This document shows positions 13,035-25,744 of a DNA stretch of 64,000 bases, piece after piece. The number at the start of each line of letters is the position of its first letter. Position 1 is the stretch's first letter. Made by a program: the position numbers and the translations under genes. The stretch spans positions 23,126,001 to 23,190,000 of the forward strand of contig OZ024745.1 in assembly GCA_964016885.1 (NCBI GenBank). Direction: 5' to 3'. This DNA is from Eledone cirrhosa. Its lineage: Eukaryota. The notes under the pieces were generated by a model that did not search any database, was not told the origin of the DNA, and saw nothing but the letters and a program-made list of their open reading frames with translations.

Positions 13035-13228
13035 ATTTCTACTATAGGCACAAGGCATGAAATTTAGGGTTTAGGGTCAGTTCACAACTGGTACTTAATT
13101 TATCGACCCCAAAAGGATGAAAGGCAAAGTTGAGATCGGCGGAATTTGAACTCGGAACGTAAAAACGGAAGAAGTACCGCTAAGCTTTTCGCCAGATGTG
13201 CTAACGATTCCACCAGCTCACCGCCTTA
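13035..13228 (-). mobile_element. Older tRNA-derived SINE copy
   Basis: TATCGACCCCAAAAGGATGAAAGGCAAAG...GGAATTTGAACTC...TAACGATTCCACCAGCTCACCGCC. Confidence 0.8.
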
Positions 13229-13370
13229 TTTTCACCAGTTATAATGGAATCTGAAATATTGGCTCTACCATGGGCTATAGAAAAGTAGTTCGTGGGCCGC
13301 ATGTTTGAGCCCTCTGTTGGATAGATAGATAGATAGATAAATAGATAGACAGATAGATAGATAGATAGAC

Positions 13371-13449
<79 letters not shown>

Positions 13450-13492
13450 CGGGTACCAAACACACACACACACACATTTCTTACTCCCTCTG

Positions 13493-13551
<59 letters not shown>

Positions 13552-13655
13552 AAAAAAAGATGAAATCGAAAATGCAACTTGAGTCTTATTTTTTTTTAAA
13601 ATATATATATATTTATTTGGTATATATATATATATATGGCGTTGTTATTTGACGT

Positions 13656-13709
<54 letters not shown>

Positions 13710-13713
<4 letters not shown>

Positions 13714-14140
13714 CGAAACATAAGTCAATTGCATGAACTCATAATCCTTTATTTACTGCTATATATATTTCGATGATAGCCATTGAATGGCTATGACCTC
13801 ATCAGGCAGTTAGTCAGTTCTTAGATATGCCAGCTCTGTGTTTATAGTGTTGATGGTATCAGAGCCTTGGAACATATGAGCTTGTTAGGAATAATTTAAT
13901 GTTGTCAGCAGGAATAGTCTTAATTCTCATTGGTCAGTTTGTAGATGCTAGTAGGGTTGGTATTTGACCTCAAAGAGGCAGGTGGTGTTGTAAAGTTCAA
14001 ACCGTCAGGCAAGATGACAATAGTTCCATATGACTGATTTTCACAAAAAGCATTCCTGGTCAGATATATATTCAATTAAGGTTAATAGTATGAAATAGAT
14101 ACTAGAGGTCATCCTTAAATTGAGGAATTTATGTGGAGTG
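13710..14140 (-). mobile_element. PLE 3' end/pseudo-LTR
   Basis: Contains hammerhead; remnant ...ILPDGLN resembles a GIY-YIG C-terminus; 13710-13858 recurs at 34732-34879 (+). Confidence 0.6.
13755..13810 (-). ncRNA. Type-I hammerhead ribozyme motif
   Basis: ACUGC-CUGAUGA-[AUAGCCA/UGGCUAU stem II]-GAAA-UAUAUA-UA-GCAGU; stem I 5 bp. Confidence 0.85.
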
Positions 14141-14862
14141 GTGCTACTGAAATTTATGGTTAGAGTACAAAATTTACAACTAAAAAGGCTTATGTAGGTT
14201 GGCTTGCACGTACACTCACACCCACCTCCACAGACACACACACACATCCACACATACAAAATGTGGGGTGGTAATACTTAAAATAATTGTTTCTACTTTA
14301 GGCACAAGGCCAGCAATTACCCAGTGCATTACTGGTACTTTATTTTATCGCCCCCGTAAGGATGAAAGGTAAAGTCAACCTCGGCGGGATTTGAACTCAG
14401 ATCGTAAAGGGACGTAACTATGCTGGAAAGCATGGCGTCCGACCCTCTACTGATACTGCCAAATGGTTAGAGTCCAATACTTAGATAGTTTAGGAAATTT
14501 AGAAATAAAAGATTTATGCTGGTTGACTTGTACATACACTCACACCTACCCCCTGAGACACACACACATCTACACACACAAATCCATACAGGTGTGTATA
14601 TATATATATGTATGTATGTATGACCGCACAAGTATATATATATATAAAATATATATATATACACAGAACATACATATATATAAAATATATATATATACAT
14701 AAAATATACAGACATATAAAATATATACACACATAAAACATACATACATATATATAAAATACATATACATATACATATACATATAAAATATATACATATA
14801 TATACATACATATATATAAAATACACATATATACACATAAAAAATACATATATATATACACA

Positions 14863-14929
<67 letters not shown>

Positions 14930-15000
14930 CAGGTTCAATATATATATATATATATAATATATAATATATAAGATCAAAAGATGGTTAAAAGAGTTCCATG

Positions 15001-15071
15001 TATTTTATTATGCGCATTTCAAAAACAAACATCATCATGCAATAATATTTGTGTTTTCATCAGATAAAACA
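15001..15071 (-). ncRNA. Type-I hammerhead ribozyme motif (mirror of 15190-15260)
   Basis: Reverse complement of the plus-strand copy. Confidence 0.8.
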
Positions 15072-15189
15072 GGAGAACATGATATGAAGGCTAAAAAACA
15101 CTTGTGGATAGTGCAGTTTTAAATCAACATATGTTGATTTAAAACTGCACTATCCACAAGTGTTTTTTAACCTTCATATCATGTCTTCC

Positions 15190-15260
15190 TGTTTTATCTG
15201 ATGAAAACACAAATATTATTGCATGATGATGTTTGTTTTTGAAATGCGCATAATAAAATA
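15190..15260 (+). ncRNA. Type-I hammerhead ribozyme motif
   Basis: UUUUAU-CUGAUGA-[long ACAAAUAUUAUU/GAUGAUGUUUGU stem II]-GAAA-UGCGCA-UA-AUAAAA. Confidence 0.8.
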
Positions 15261-15312
15261 CATGGAACTCTTTTAACCATCTTTTGTTCTTATATATTAT
15301 GTATACTCCAGT

Positions 15313-15389
15313 CCTAACCCTAACCCTAACCCTAACCCTAACCCTAACCCTAACCCTAACCCTAACCCTAACCCTAACCCTAACCCTAA
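15313..15389. repeat. Interstitial telomeric repeat (CCCTAA) x about 13
   Basis: Direct reading; TTAGGG on the minus strand. Confidence 0.95.
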
Positions 15390-15450
15390 GTGCTTCTTAT
15401 CCGATATCTGCATTGCTTTATTGTACTACAATAAAACTCACCTCCTACAT

Positions 15451-15526
<76 letters not shown>

Positions 15527-15576
15527 GCGTGGAGAACTTAATATTGCTAACATAAAGTTATTGGACCATTTTACAC

Positions 15577-15659
<83 letters not shown>

Positions 15660-15775
15660 AGGTGCATTATTGGTTGTGTAAAATGGTCCAATAACTTTAT
15701 GTTAGCAATATTAAGTTCTCCACGCTTTTCTATATCTCCAATTCCATTCGAGGGAACAGCTAGATGATGTATAAG

Positions 15776-16062
15776 AATCAAAATGAAAATCCGAAGGCAA
15801 GGTAAAATCCCAATCATTTAATCACGACACATATTTCAATAAGAGATAGATCGATTGTGAAGCCATGATCGATTATCACTGATCTCATCAGGTGAAAATG
15901 AATTGTCTTCAAATTCTTGATATGAGGGAGAAAAAAAAATAACGATGTTCTCTCACAGAATTCATTCCCTCATATGAGGGCTTCACAATCGATCTATCTC
16001 TTATTGAAACATGTGTCGTGATTAAATGATTGGTATTTTACTTTGCTTTCGGATTTTCATTT

Positions 16063-16066
<4 letters not shown>
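15776..16066. mobile_element. Head-to-head PLE ends (about 88-bp arms)
   Basis: 15776-15864 is the reverse complement of 15979-16066. Confidence 0.75.
15822..15895 (-). ncRNA. Type-I hammerhead ribozyme motif
   Basis: UCAC-CUGAUGA-[extended stem II]-GAAA-UAUGUG-UC-GUGA. Confidence 0.7.
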
Positions 16067-16099
<33 letters not shown>

Positions 16100-16131
16100 A
16101 CATCAAATAACAACGCCATATATATCTTGAG

Positions 16132-16292
16132 AGAGCTCAAGCCGTTTCGACGACTATTTCTGGAGTCCAGAAATAGCCGTCGAAACGGCTTGAGCTCTGC
16201 CGTCGGGGTCATACTTTTTCATATTTCCCACTCTACTACTCTAAATATTGAGTACTCTGGTGCGTTGTGGTCCATCTGCTTTCTTACCACAA
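16132..16292 (+). mobile_element. Fold-back copy of a short PLE-like end family
   Basis: 33-bp hairpin centred at 16165; same family at 38986-39250, 40495-40577, 43075-43175, 54288-54378. Confidence 0.65.
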
Positions 16293-17365
16293 TTCCTTTG
16301 TTATATATATATAAATATATAAATATATATTCAGCAAGAATCGTATTTCGACTGGTAGAAAAAGCGAAACGAAACGCAAAATCGTAGAAATGCTGGCAAG
16401 CGCTCCAATAGTTAAGAAAAACTAGAGCTAAACAATATGTTAAAACGCCATACAAACTGAAAAGTGGTCAAGAAGGCATTAACCACCTAAGCCAAAAAAC
16501 AAATCAATCTAAACAGGTCAAACAAAATAAATGATATAAACAGACCTGGACCCAAGTGGAATTGATGGTAAAATCCAAATGCAGGGTTTCTATGACACCT
16601 AAATCAATAATACTGTCTGCTTAAAAATATAAACTTTCAGCATAAAGATCGAACATATATATATATATGACGTTGTTATTTGACGTTGTTGAAAAGAACA
16701 GTGGCCTTTGACCCGGCAATAAAAACTGGAAACAAAATTTTTTCTGTACCCAAAACAAGGCACACACAGACACACACACAAGTTTGATTGTGTGTGTGTG
16801 TGTGTGTGTGTTAGTATGTGCGCGCGCGTGTATGTGTGTGTGTATCTATCTATGTATGTATATATATATATATATATATATATAAGGGATACAGATATTG
16901 TTTGTTCACTGTCACCAAGCATCTCAATTCATTCGTTGCAATTTAGTTTGTGATCGAGGCACTTTATTTTACAAGGTACTATTTTTTCCTTGAGTTTGTG
17001 ATTCAAGAGAAAGGTAAGAATTTCTTCATATTTTGAATCTTTTATATTTTGACTTTACAGTTTGAATTGTAGAATTGTCTATCCACTCAAAATATTACCA
17101 CAGCTAACAGTGAAATATAGAATTTTTAAAAAAATCCTTGAGAACATTCACGTCTTTTTTTTTTAAATATATAATTTGAAATAGCTTGCTTTTGTTTTGG
17201 ACTGAAACTTTTTTGTATTTAATTCGTAGGAGTATTTTTTAAAGATCTAACATAACTTGATTTGGCCCAGTAATCTACTGATATTAAATTCAGTAGTATA
17301 TTGAAAAATGGAAAAATAGGGTAGGGGGCGTTTCGTGATTTGGCCGAAATGGGTTGAGAACCTTT

Positions 17366-17720
17366 GATTTAGTTGATAACATCGATACCAGTGTTATTTG
17401 ACTGTGGCCATGCTGGGGCACAAGGCATGAATATAATTTAGTTGATAACATCGATACCAGCGTTATTTGACTGTGGCCATGCTGGGGCACCGCCACGACT
17501 CTAATTTAGTTGATATCATCGATACCAGCGTTGTTTGACTGTGGCCATGCTGGGGCACCGCCACGACTATAATTTAGTTAATAACATCGATACCAGCGTT
17601 GTTTGACTGTGGCCATGCTGGGGCACCGCCACGACTCTAATTTAGTTGATAACATCGATACCAGCGTTATTTGACTGTGGCACCACCATGGATTTAGTAG
17701 ATAATATCGATACCAGTAAT
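17366..17720. repeat. 68-bp tandem array (about 5 units), same unit as 12303-12962
   Basis: Direct comparison; followed by the remainder of the parent SINE-like sequence (TTATTTTATCGATCTC). Confidence 0.85.
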
Positions 17721-17792
17721 TATTTATTGAAGTCTATAACTTATTTTATCGATCTCGTTTAACAGGTAAATGAGTAAAAGTGGACTACTTAC

Positions 17793-17876
17793 CTGTAGCA
17801 CCATCTTGAGCACCACCACATCTGTCACCGCCGACCAGACATACAACAACAACAATAACAACAATAACAATGACAT
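17793..17876 (-). CDS. Weak candidate first coding exon (signal-peptide-like)
   Basis: ATG...MSLLLLLLLLLYVWSAVTDVVVLKMVLQ followed by a perfect donor CAG|GTAAGT; no downstream exon identified. Confidence 0.2.
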
Positions 17877-17917
17877 CAACAACGTCGACTAAAAGAAGGA
17901 CAGCAACAACAATAACG

Positions 17918-17949
<32 letters not shown>

Positions 17950-18027
17950 CCCGACGACAATGACGACAAGAACAACAACTACAACAACAACAACGACGAC
18001 GACAACAACAACGACAACAACAACAGC

Positions 18028-18061
<34 letters not shown>

Positions 18062-18118
18062 CCGACAACGACGACAACGACGACAACAACGACAACAACG
18101 ACAACAACAACAACAACA

Positions 18119-18153
<35 letters not shown>

Positions 18154-18240
18154 AACAACGACGACGACAACAACAACAACGACGACGGCAACAACGACAA
18201 CGACAACAACGACGACAACAACGACAACGAGAAGAAGAAG
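17843..18240. repeat. (ACA/ACG)n trinucleotide microsatellite
   Basis: Direct reading. Confidence 0.9.
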
Positions 18241-18729
18241 GACGCCGTCAGAGCGGGTTATTGACGTTAATACGATAATACGGGCTAGCTCCTTTCAGTC
18301 AGTTATGACCTCGACCTTGAAGAGGTCAATCCGTGACGGGACATACTTGTCACGCTGCCTGATTCCATTTGTTTTGCCGTCTAACCCTCCTCTTCACTAA
18401 CCATACCATCCACTCCTTTGTCCACTTGCTCGTGTTTAGTGTTTGTCGTATCAGGGATGGGGCGGGACACTTGAACGAAAGACGAGGTGAGGGAGCAAGT
18501 AAAGTTTTGTGGATATACTGGCTATAGTATGCATGTGTCTGTCTGTGTGTCTGTGTCTGTCTGTGTGTGTGTCTGTGTGTAAGTCACTGTGTATGTGTGT
18601 ATTTGTCTAGTTTGTTTTGTCTTGTTAGGGTTGTTTTTTTTAATCATCCTTCCTTATCTCCTTCCACCTCTGTGTCAGTCTATTCTCGTATAAATTCTTT
18701 TTTTCTCTATTTTTCTTTTAATTGTTTCA

Positions 18730-19062
18730 ATTATTTGACTGCAGCCATGCTGGGGCACCGTAATGCTGGGGCACCGCCATGAAGGAAGCTACTAGATACT
18801 ATTGACACCAGAGCTATTTCACTGTGTCCATGCTGGGGCACCGCCATGAAGGAAGCTAGTAGATACTATCGACACCAGAGCTATTTCACTGTGTCCATGC
18901 TGGGGCACCGCCATGAGAGAAGCTACTAGATACTATCGACACCAGAGCTATTTCACTGTGTCCATGCTGGGGCACCGCCATGAAGGAAGCTAGTAGATAC
19001 TATCGACACCAGAGCTATTTCACTGTGTCCATACTGGGGCACCGCCATGAAGGGATCTAGTA
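18730..19062. repeat. About 68-bp tandem array (about 4-5 units), divergent variant of the same SINE segment
   Basis: Unit CCATGCTGGGGCACCGCCATGAAGGAAGCTAGTAGATACTATCGACACCAGAGCTATTTCACTGTGT. Confidence 0.85.
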
Positions 19063-19399
19063 GATAATTGTTTCTACTTTTGGCACAAGGCCAGCAATTA
19101 ACCCAGTGTAATTACTGGTACTTTATTTTATCGACACCATAAGGATGAAAGGCAAAGTTAACCTTGGAAGGATTTGAACTCAGTCCGTAAAGGGACGTAA
19201 CTCTATGCTAGAAAGCATGGCGTCCGACCCTCTACCGATACTGCCAATCTACCACCCTAGTAGATAATATCGACGCAAGTATTTGATTGATTTAGTAATT
19301 ATTTTTATGAAGTCTGTAACTTATTTTATCGATCTCTTTTTGTCGAACAGCTAAGATTCTGGTCATAAACAACAGTAAACATAAATACACACACAAACA

Positions 19400-19464
<65 letters not shown>

Positions 19465-19470
<6 letters not shown>

Positions 19471-20772
19471 AATGGCGTGCTGCGTTGTTGCAAATATGAA
19501 CATAAGAATGAAAATAAACCGAGAAACAGGAATGTCCATTATCAGTAGTCTGCTGATTATCATTGCTATTTCTTCGCATTAAAGACTAGATACCTAATCA
19601 GTGCGAGCGATAACTAAATTAAGTTATCGGGACAAAACGAATTGGAAGGGGAAAGTGAACAAACAACATGGTAGTAATGCAACTTAAAGAGAGGAAAAGA
19701 GAGACAAGTCAATGAATCCTGTGGGCTTAAGTCCGACAAATCAAATGACGAGAAGAGGCAGACACGCCCGAGCCACGCGAAAAGTGAGAGAGAAAAGAAT
19801 TTCAGACAGGTCAGACGGGAGGAAGTGAGAGAGGGGGAGTAGCAGAGAGTGAGTGAGTGAAAGTGTTAGAAAGTGGCCAGTCGAGAGTGTGTGGCCAGGA
19901 GCGGGGGTGGAATAAAGCAACAGGTAAAGGAGAGAGAAGGGGGAGAGAGAAAGAGGATAACAGTAAGGTGACAGAAAAAAATACGAACCACTGCGAAGGG
20001 AAACAATATATGTGAATGAAAAATGGCGTGCTGCGTTGTTGCAAATATGAACATATGAATGAAAATAGACCGAGAAACAGGAATGCCCATCATCAGTAGC
20101 CTGCTGATTATCATTGGTATTTCTTCGCATTAAAGACTAGATAGCTAAAATCAGTGTGAGCGATAACTAAATTAAGTTATCGGGACAGAGGAAAGTAAAC
20201 AAACAACATGGTAGTAATGCAACTTAAAGAGAGGAAAAGAGAGACAAGTCAATGAATCTTGTGGGCTTAAGTCCGAACACATCAAATGACAAGAAGAGGC
20301 AGACACGTCCGAGCTGTTGTTCGTATTTTTTCTGTCACCTTACTGCTATCATCTTTCTCTCTCCCCTTCTCTCTCCTTTACCTCTTGCTTTATTCCACCC
20401 CCGCTGCTGGCCACACACTCTCGGCTGGCCCCTTCTCACACTTTCACTCACTCACTCTCTGCTACTCCCCCTCTCTCACTTCCTCCCGTCTGACCTGCGT
20501 GAAATTCTTTCCTCTCTCTCACTTTTCGCGTGGCTCGGACGTGTCTGCCTCTTCTCGTCATTTGATTTGTCGGACTTAAGCCCACAGGATTCATTGACTT
20601 GTCTCTCTTTTCCTTTCTTTACCTTGCATTACTACCATGTTGTTTGTTTACTTTGCTCTGTCCCGATAACTTAATTTAGTTATCGCTCGCACTGATTTTA
20701 GGTATCTAGTCTTTAATGCGAAAAAATACCAATGATAATCAGCAGACTACTGATGATGAACATTCCTGTTTC
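19465..20772. mobile_element. PLE-like pseudo-LTR cluster: tandem direct plus inverted copy
   Basis: 19465-19775 is repeated at 20016-20313; 20317-20772 is the reverse complement of about 19525-19990; left end at (TA)n. Confidence 0.65.
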
Positions 20773-21171
20773 TAGTTGTGCATATGTATGTATGTATATA
20801 TGTATGTTCTTCTGGTTTTATAATTTCTACAAATTTTTGCCAATAGAGAGAGAGTCAGTTTCTAACATAGTTACAAGACTCATTGGAATTTGCACAACAT
20901 CAACTGGGTAGATATGTATGCATGTCTGCATGCATGCATGTGTGTGCAGGTATCGATGTTACTGTATGTGTGGAGGTATATGTGTGCATGTGAATATATA
21001 TGTATGTATGTATGTATGTATGTTCTCTCTTTCTCTTAATTTCTAGTTTTGACGGGACCCCTTCCCGGCGGGAAGGTTATAAAGAAAAGGAAGTCTCGGT
21101 CATCCGCAGTACAGTCGTTCATCACTTAAATCGTTCATCATTTAAATCGTTCTTTCTCCACAATTCCAAGT

Positions 21172-21725
21172 CTAGGGCGGGTAAAATTCCCGAGATCGAT
21201 GGATGAGTTCTCTCCAGCGGTCTCTGTCCCTCATTATCGTTGCCATGTCCTGCGTCTCCAAGAGACCAGTGTCTGTCGTTAGGGCATCAACATATGTTAA
21301 CCTCGGTCTTCCTCTTCCAGTGTGTCCGTGCAAGGGCTCCCACAGGAGCACTGAGTGCAGTGTCAACTCTGGATGTCGGTGAGCATGTACAGCTAACCTC
21401 AGTCTCCTCTATGCTATTCTCGAGCTGACTTTTGGGAGGCTCCCGTACAGCTCTGAGTTCCTCATCCTCTGTGTATACTGATTAATGTTCAGAGCCATCC
21501 TCAGCATTCTCGTGTAGCACCCATCCACCATCTAAGTGAGTTTCTTGGTCAGTGTCCAAGTCTCAGACCCGTACAGCAGCACAGATTCCACTACAGTAAC
21601 GAAGAGACGGATCTCCAGGTCTTTACGAAGGTCCGACTTCCACACTGATCTCAAGATGTGGCACGCCGCCCAGGTTCTGCTCTTCCTTTCGACCACATCA
21701 TCTTCTGTGTTCCCAATCTTTGCTC
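21172..21725 (-). mobile_element. RTE-clade LINE 3' fragment
   Basis: IRLFVTVVESVLLYGSETWTLTKK...DGCYTRMLRMALNI...LLWEPLHGHTGRGRPRLTYVD...MRDRDRWR; second copy at 38803-38972. Confidence 0.85.
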
Positions 21726-22030
21726 CCAAATCCAAATTCAGCTATATTTTGGTCCAGACAGGTTGATATATGACCTGTAGCTCCAATAATAACGGGTATG
21801 AAGCTGAACGTGTATCTTGCTCACTAGATCTGCAAACTCCTCATCAGAGGTCTGTTGCTATCCTCTTTCTCTTGTACTTTTCTTACCACATTGACATCAA
21901 GTGGGCAGCTGACTTCCACAACAGAACATGATTTTAATGTATGGTTTCCAAATACTATATCAAGCCGGTTGTGTTTTAATTTGGTGGCAGCAATGGGATG
22001 TACTAGCACGACATATGGAACTTTCCATTA
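21722..22030 (-). mobile_element. R4/Dong-like restriction-like endonuclease fragment; 3' UTR resumes at 21024-21150
   Basis: KHNRLDIVF...VVEVSCPLDVNVVRKVQEKE (PD-D/ExK-like) and YTFSFIPVIIGATGH. Confidence 0.75.
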
Positions 22031-22161
22031 CAAGGAGGCGAACTCCCACTGACGACACGATTCCCCACCAAATTACGTAATGTAAACTAACATTACCTAA
22101 TTTTCTGCACAAGGTGGTTCCACTCAGAACACTGCTAGTAGATCGGGATCGTAGAAACTGT

Positions 22162-22224
<63 letters not shown>

Positions 22225-22226
22225 AG

Positions 22227-22286
<60 letters not shown>

Positions 22287-22947
22287 AGGGTTGTTGTTTT
22301 ATCTTCTTGCTGAAAATATGTAACTGTACTTGAGAAGGCTCGAGTCAATGCATCGTTAAAGGAGAAGAGATAATGCTTCACCGTATTAATAACAATAATA
22401 GTAATAATTGTTTCTACTTTTGGCACAAGGCCAGCAATTATCCCAGTGTATTACTGGTACTTTATTTTATCGACCCCGTAAGGATGAAAAGCAAAGTTAA
22501 CCTCGGCTGGATTTGAACTCAGACCATAAAGGGCCGTAACTCTTTGCTGCAAAGCATGGCGTCAGACCCTCTACCGATACTGCCGATCCACCGCCCTTAT
22601 CATTTATAATAACTGTTTCTACTTTTGGCACAATAATAATAACAAAAAGGACAAGATAGAAAAAAGAGAGAGAAAAATGAGTGAGAAAGAGATAGCGAAT
22701 AAAGAGCGGGATAGAGAATTAGGAGGAGGAAGAGATAACGAGAAAGAGAGAGAAGAGAGTGAGAGAGATAGAAGAGAGATAGAAAGAGAGAGAAGTAGCA
22801 TCTTTTGCGTAACAAATTGTCCGGCTGCGTCATTTTGTCGCTTCTGGCGAGTTTTATAGCTTAACGTCTTTGGTGTAATCTCACTTGGATTAACCCACCG
22901 TTTCATCTTCTCAAACTCCAGCACCACCCTTACTTGAACATATATTT

Positions 22948-23355
<408 letters not shown>

Positions 23356-23559
23356 GTCGTCGTCTTCTTTTCTTCTCCTGTCTTTCGGTTAACATGTGGA
23401 TTCTATTTGTCTGGCCTGTGTGTCTCAGTGTGTATATGTATTACGTGTGTGTCTCAGTGTGTATATGTATTACGTGTGTGTATCTGTGTGTGTGTATGCT
23501 CGTATCTGTGTGACTGTGTGTTTTTATGTGTTCGTGTGTGCGTGTGAGTGACTGTGTGT

Positions 23560-24650
23560 GTATGTTCTCTCTGTATGTGTATATATGTATGTGTATGTTC
23601 TCTCTGTGTGAATATGTGTGTATGTATGTTCTCTCTGTGTGTATATGTGTGTGTATGTATGTTCTCTCTGTGTGTATATGTGTGTGTATGTATGTTCTCT
23701 CTGTGTGTATATGTGTGTGTATGTATGTTCTCTCTGTGTGTATATGTGTGTGTATGTATGTTCTCTCTGTGTGTATATATGTGTGTGTATGTTCTCTCTG
23801 TGTGTATATATGTGTGTGTATGTTCTCTCTGTGTGTATATATGTGTGTGTATGTTCTCTCTGTGTGTATAAATGTGTGTGTATGTTTTCTCTGTGTATAT
23901 ATGTGTGTGTATGTTCTCTCTGTGTGTATATGTGTGTGTATGTTCTCTCTGTGTGTATATATGTGTGTATGTTCTCTCTCTCTGTGTATATATGTGTGTG
24001 TATGTTCTCTCTGTGTATATATGTGTGTATGTTCTCTCTGTGTGTATATGTGTGTGTATGTTCTCTCTGTGTGTATATGTGTGTGTATGTTCTCTCTCTC
24101 TGTGTATATATGTGTGTGTATGTTCTCTCTGTGTGTATATATATGTGTGTATGTTCTCTCTCTGTGTGTATATATGTGTGTGTATGTTCTCTCTCTCTCT
24201 GTATATGTGTGTATGTTCTCTCTCTCTCTCTGTATATGTGTGTATGTTCTCTCTCTCTCTGTATATGTGTGTATGTTCTCTCTCTCTCTGTATATGTGTG
24301 TATGTTCTCTCTCTCTCTGTATATGTGTGTATGTTCTCTCTCTCTCTGTATATGTGTGTATGTTCTCTCTCTCTCTGTATATGTGTGTATGTTCTCTCTC
24401 TCTCTCTGTATATGTGTGTATGTTCTCTCTCTCTCTGTATATGTGTGTATGTTCTCTCTCTCTCTGTATATGTGTGTATGTTCTCTCTCTCTCTGTATAT
24501 GTGTGTATGTTCTCTCTCTCTCTGTATATGTGTGTATGTTCTCTCTCTCTCTGTATATGTGTGTATGTTCTCTCTCTCTCTGTATATGTGTGTATGTTCT
24601 CTCTCTCTCTGTATATGTGTGTATGTTCTCTCTCTCTCTGTATATGTGTA
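23560..24650. repeat. Compound minisatellite TATGTT(CT)nGTATATGTGTG, about 28-30-bp units
   Basis: Direct reading. Confidence 0.9.
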
Positions 24651-24709
24651 GGCAGCAATTACAACGCCCAGGCGACAAGAAAATATGAGAACCATAACAA
24701 ATTGCCATA

Positions 24710-25021
24710 AACACCACCATCACTATCACCCCCTCCTCCTCCTCCTCCTCCTCCTCATCATCATCATCATCCTCATCATCATCATCATCATCATCATCCT
24801 CATCATCATCATCATCACCATCACTATCATCCCCTCCTCCCCCCTCCTCCTCCTCATCATCATCACCATCACTATCATCACTATCATCATCATCACTACC
24901 ACCAACCACCACCATCACAATCTTTACCACCATCATCACCATCACCACCACCATTACCATTATCATCACCATCACTATCATCCCCTCCTCCTCCTCCTCC
25001 TCCTCCTCCTCCTCCTCCTCC

Positions 25022-25060
<39 letters not shown>

Positions 25061-25610
25061 CCACCACCATCACCACCATCATCACCACCACCATCACTAT
25101 CATCACCACCACCATCACCACCATCATTACCATCACCATCACTATCATCACCACCACCATCACCACCACCATCACCACCATCATTACCACCACCATCACT
25201 ATCATCACCACCACCATCACCACCATCATTACCATCACCATCACTATCATCACCACCACCATCACCACCATCATTACCATCACCATCACTATCATCACCA
25301 CCACCATCACCACCACCATCACCACCATCATTACCACCACCATCACTATCATCACCACCACCATCACCACCATCATCACCACCACCATCACTATCATCAC
25401 CACCACCATCACCACCATCATTACCATCACCATCACTATCATCACCACCACCATCACCACCACCATCACCACCATCATTACCATCACCATCACTATCATC
25501 ACCACCACCATCACCACCACCATCACCACCATCATTACCACCACCATCACTATCATCACCACCACCATCACCACCATCATTACCACCACCATCACTATCA
25601 TCATTATCGT
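24710..25610. repeat. (ATC/ACC/CTC)n compound trinucleotide tract
   Basis: Direct reading. Confidence 0.9.
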
Positions 25611-25744
25611 TATGATTAACTTCCTTATCACCATTTCTGTCATTACCATTAAACTATGGCAGTGGATTGGCAGACCTGTAGAGCGTCGGACAACAAGCTT
25701 TGTGGCATATAGTTACATCCCTTTACCTTCTGAGTTCAAATCCT

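Larger units (their letters stand above)
14961..15300. mobile_element. Near-perfect 340-bp palindrome made of two head-to-head PLE ends
   Basis: Centre AAATCAACAT|ATGTTGATTT at 15130/15131; each arm carries a hammerhead. Confidence 0.85.
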
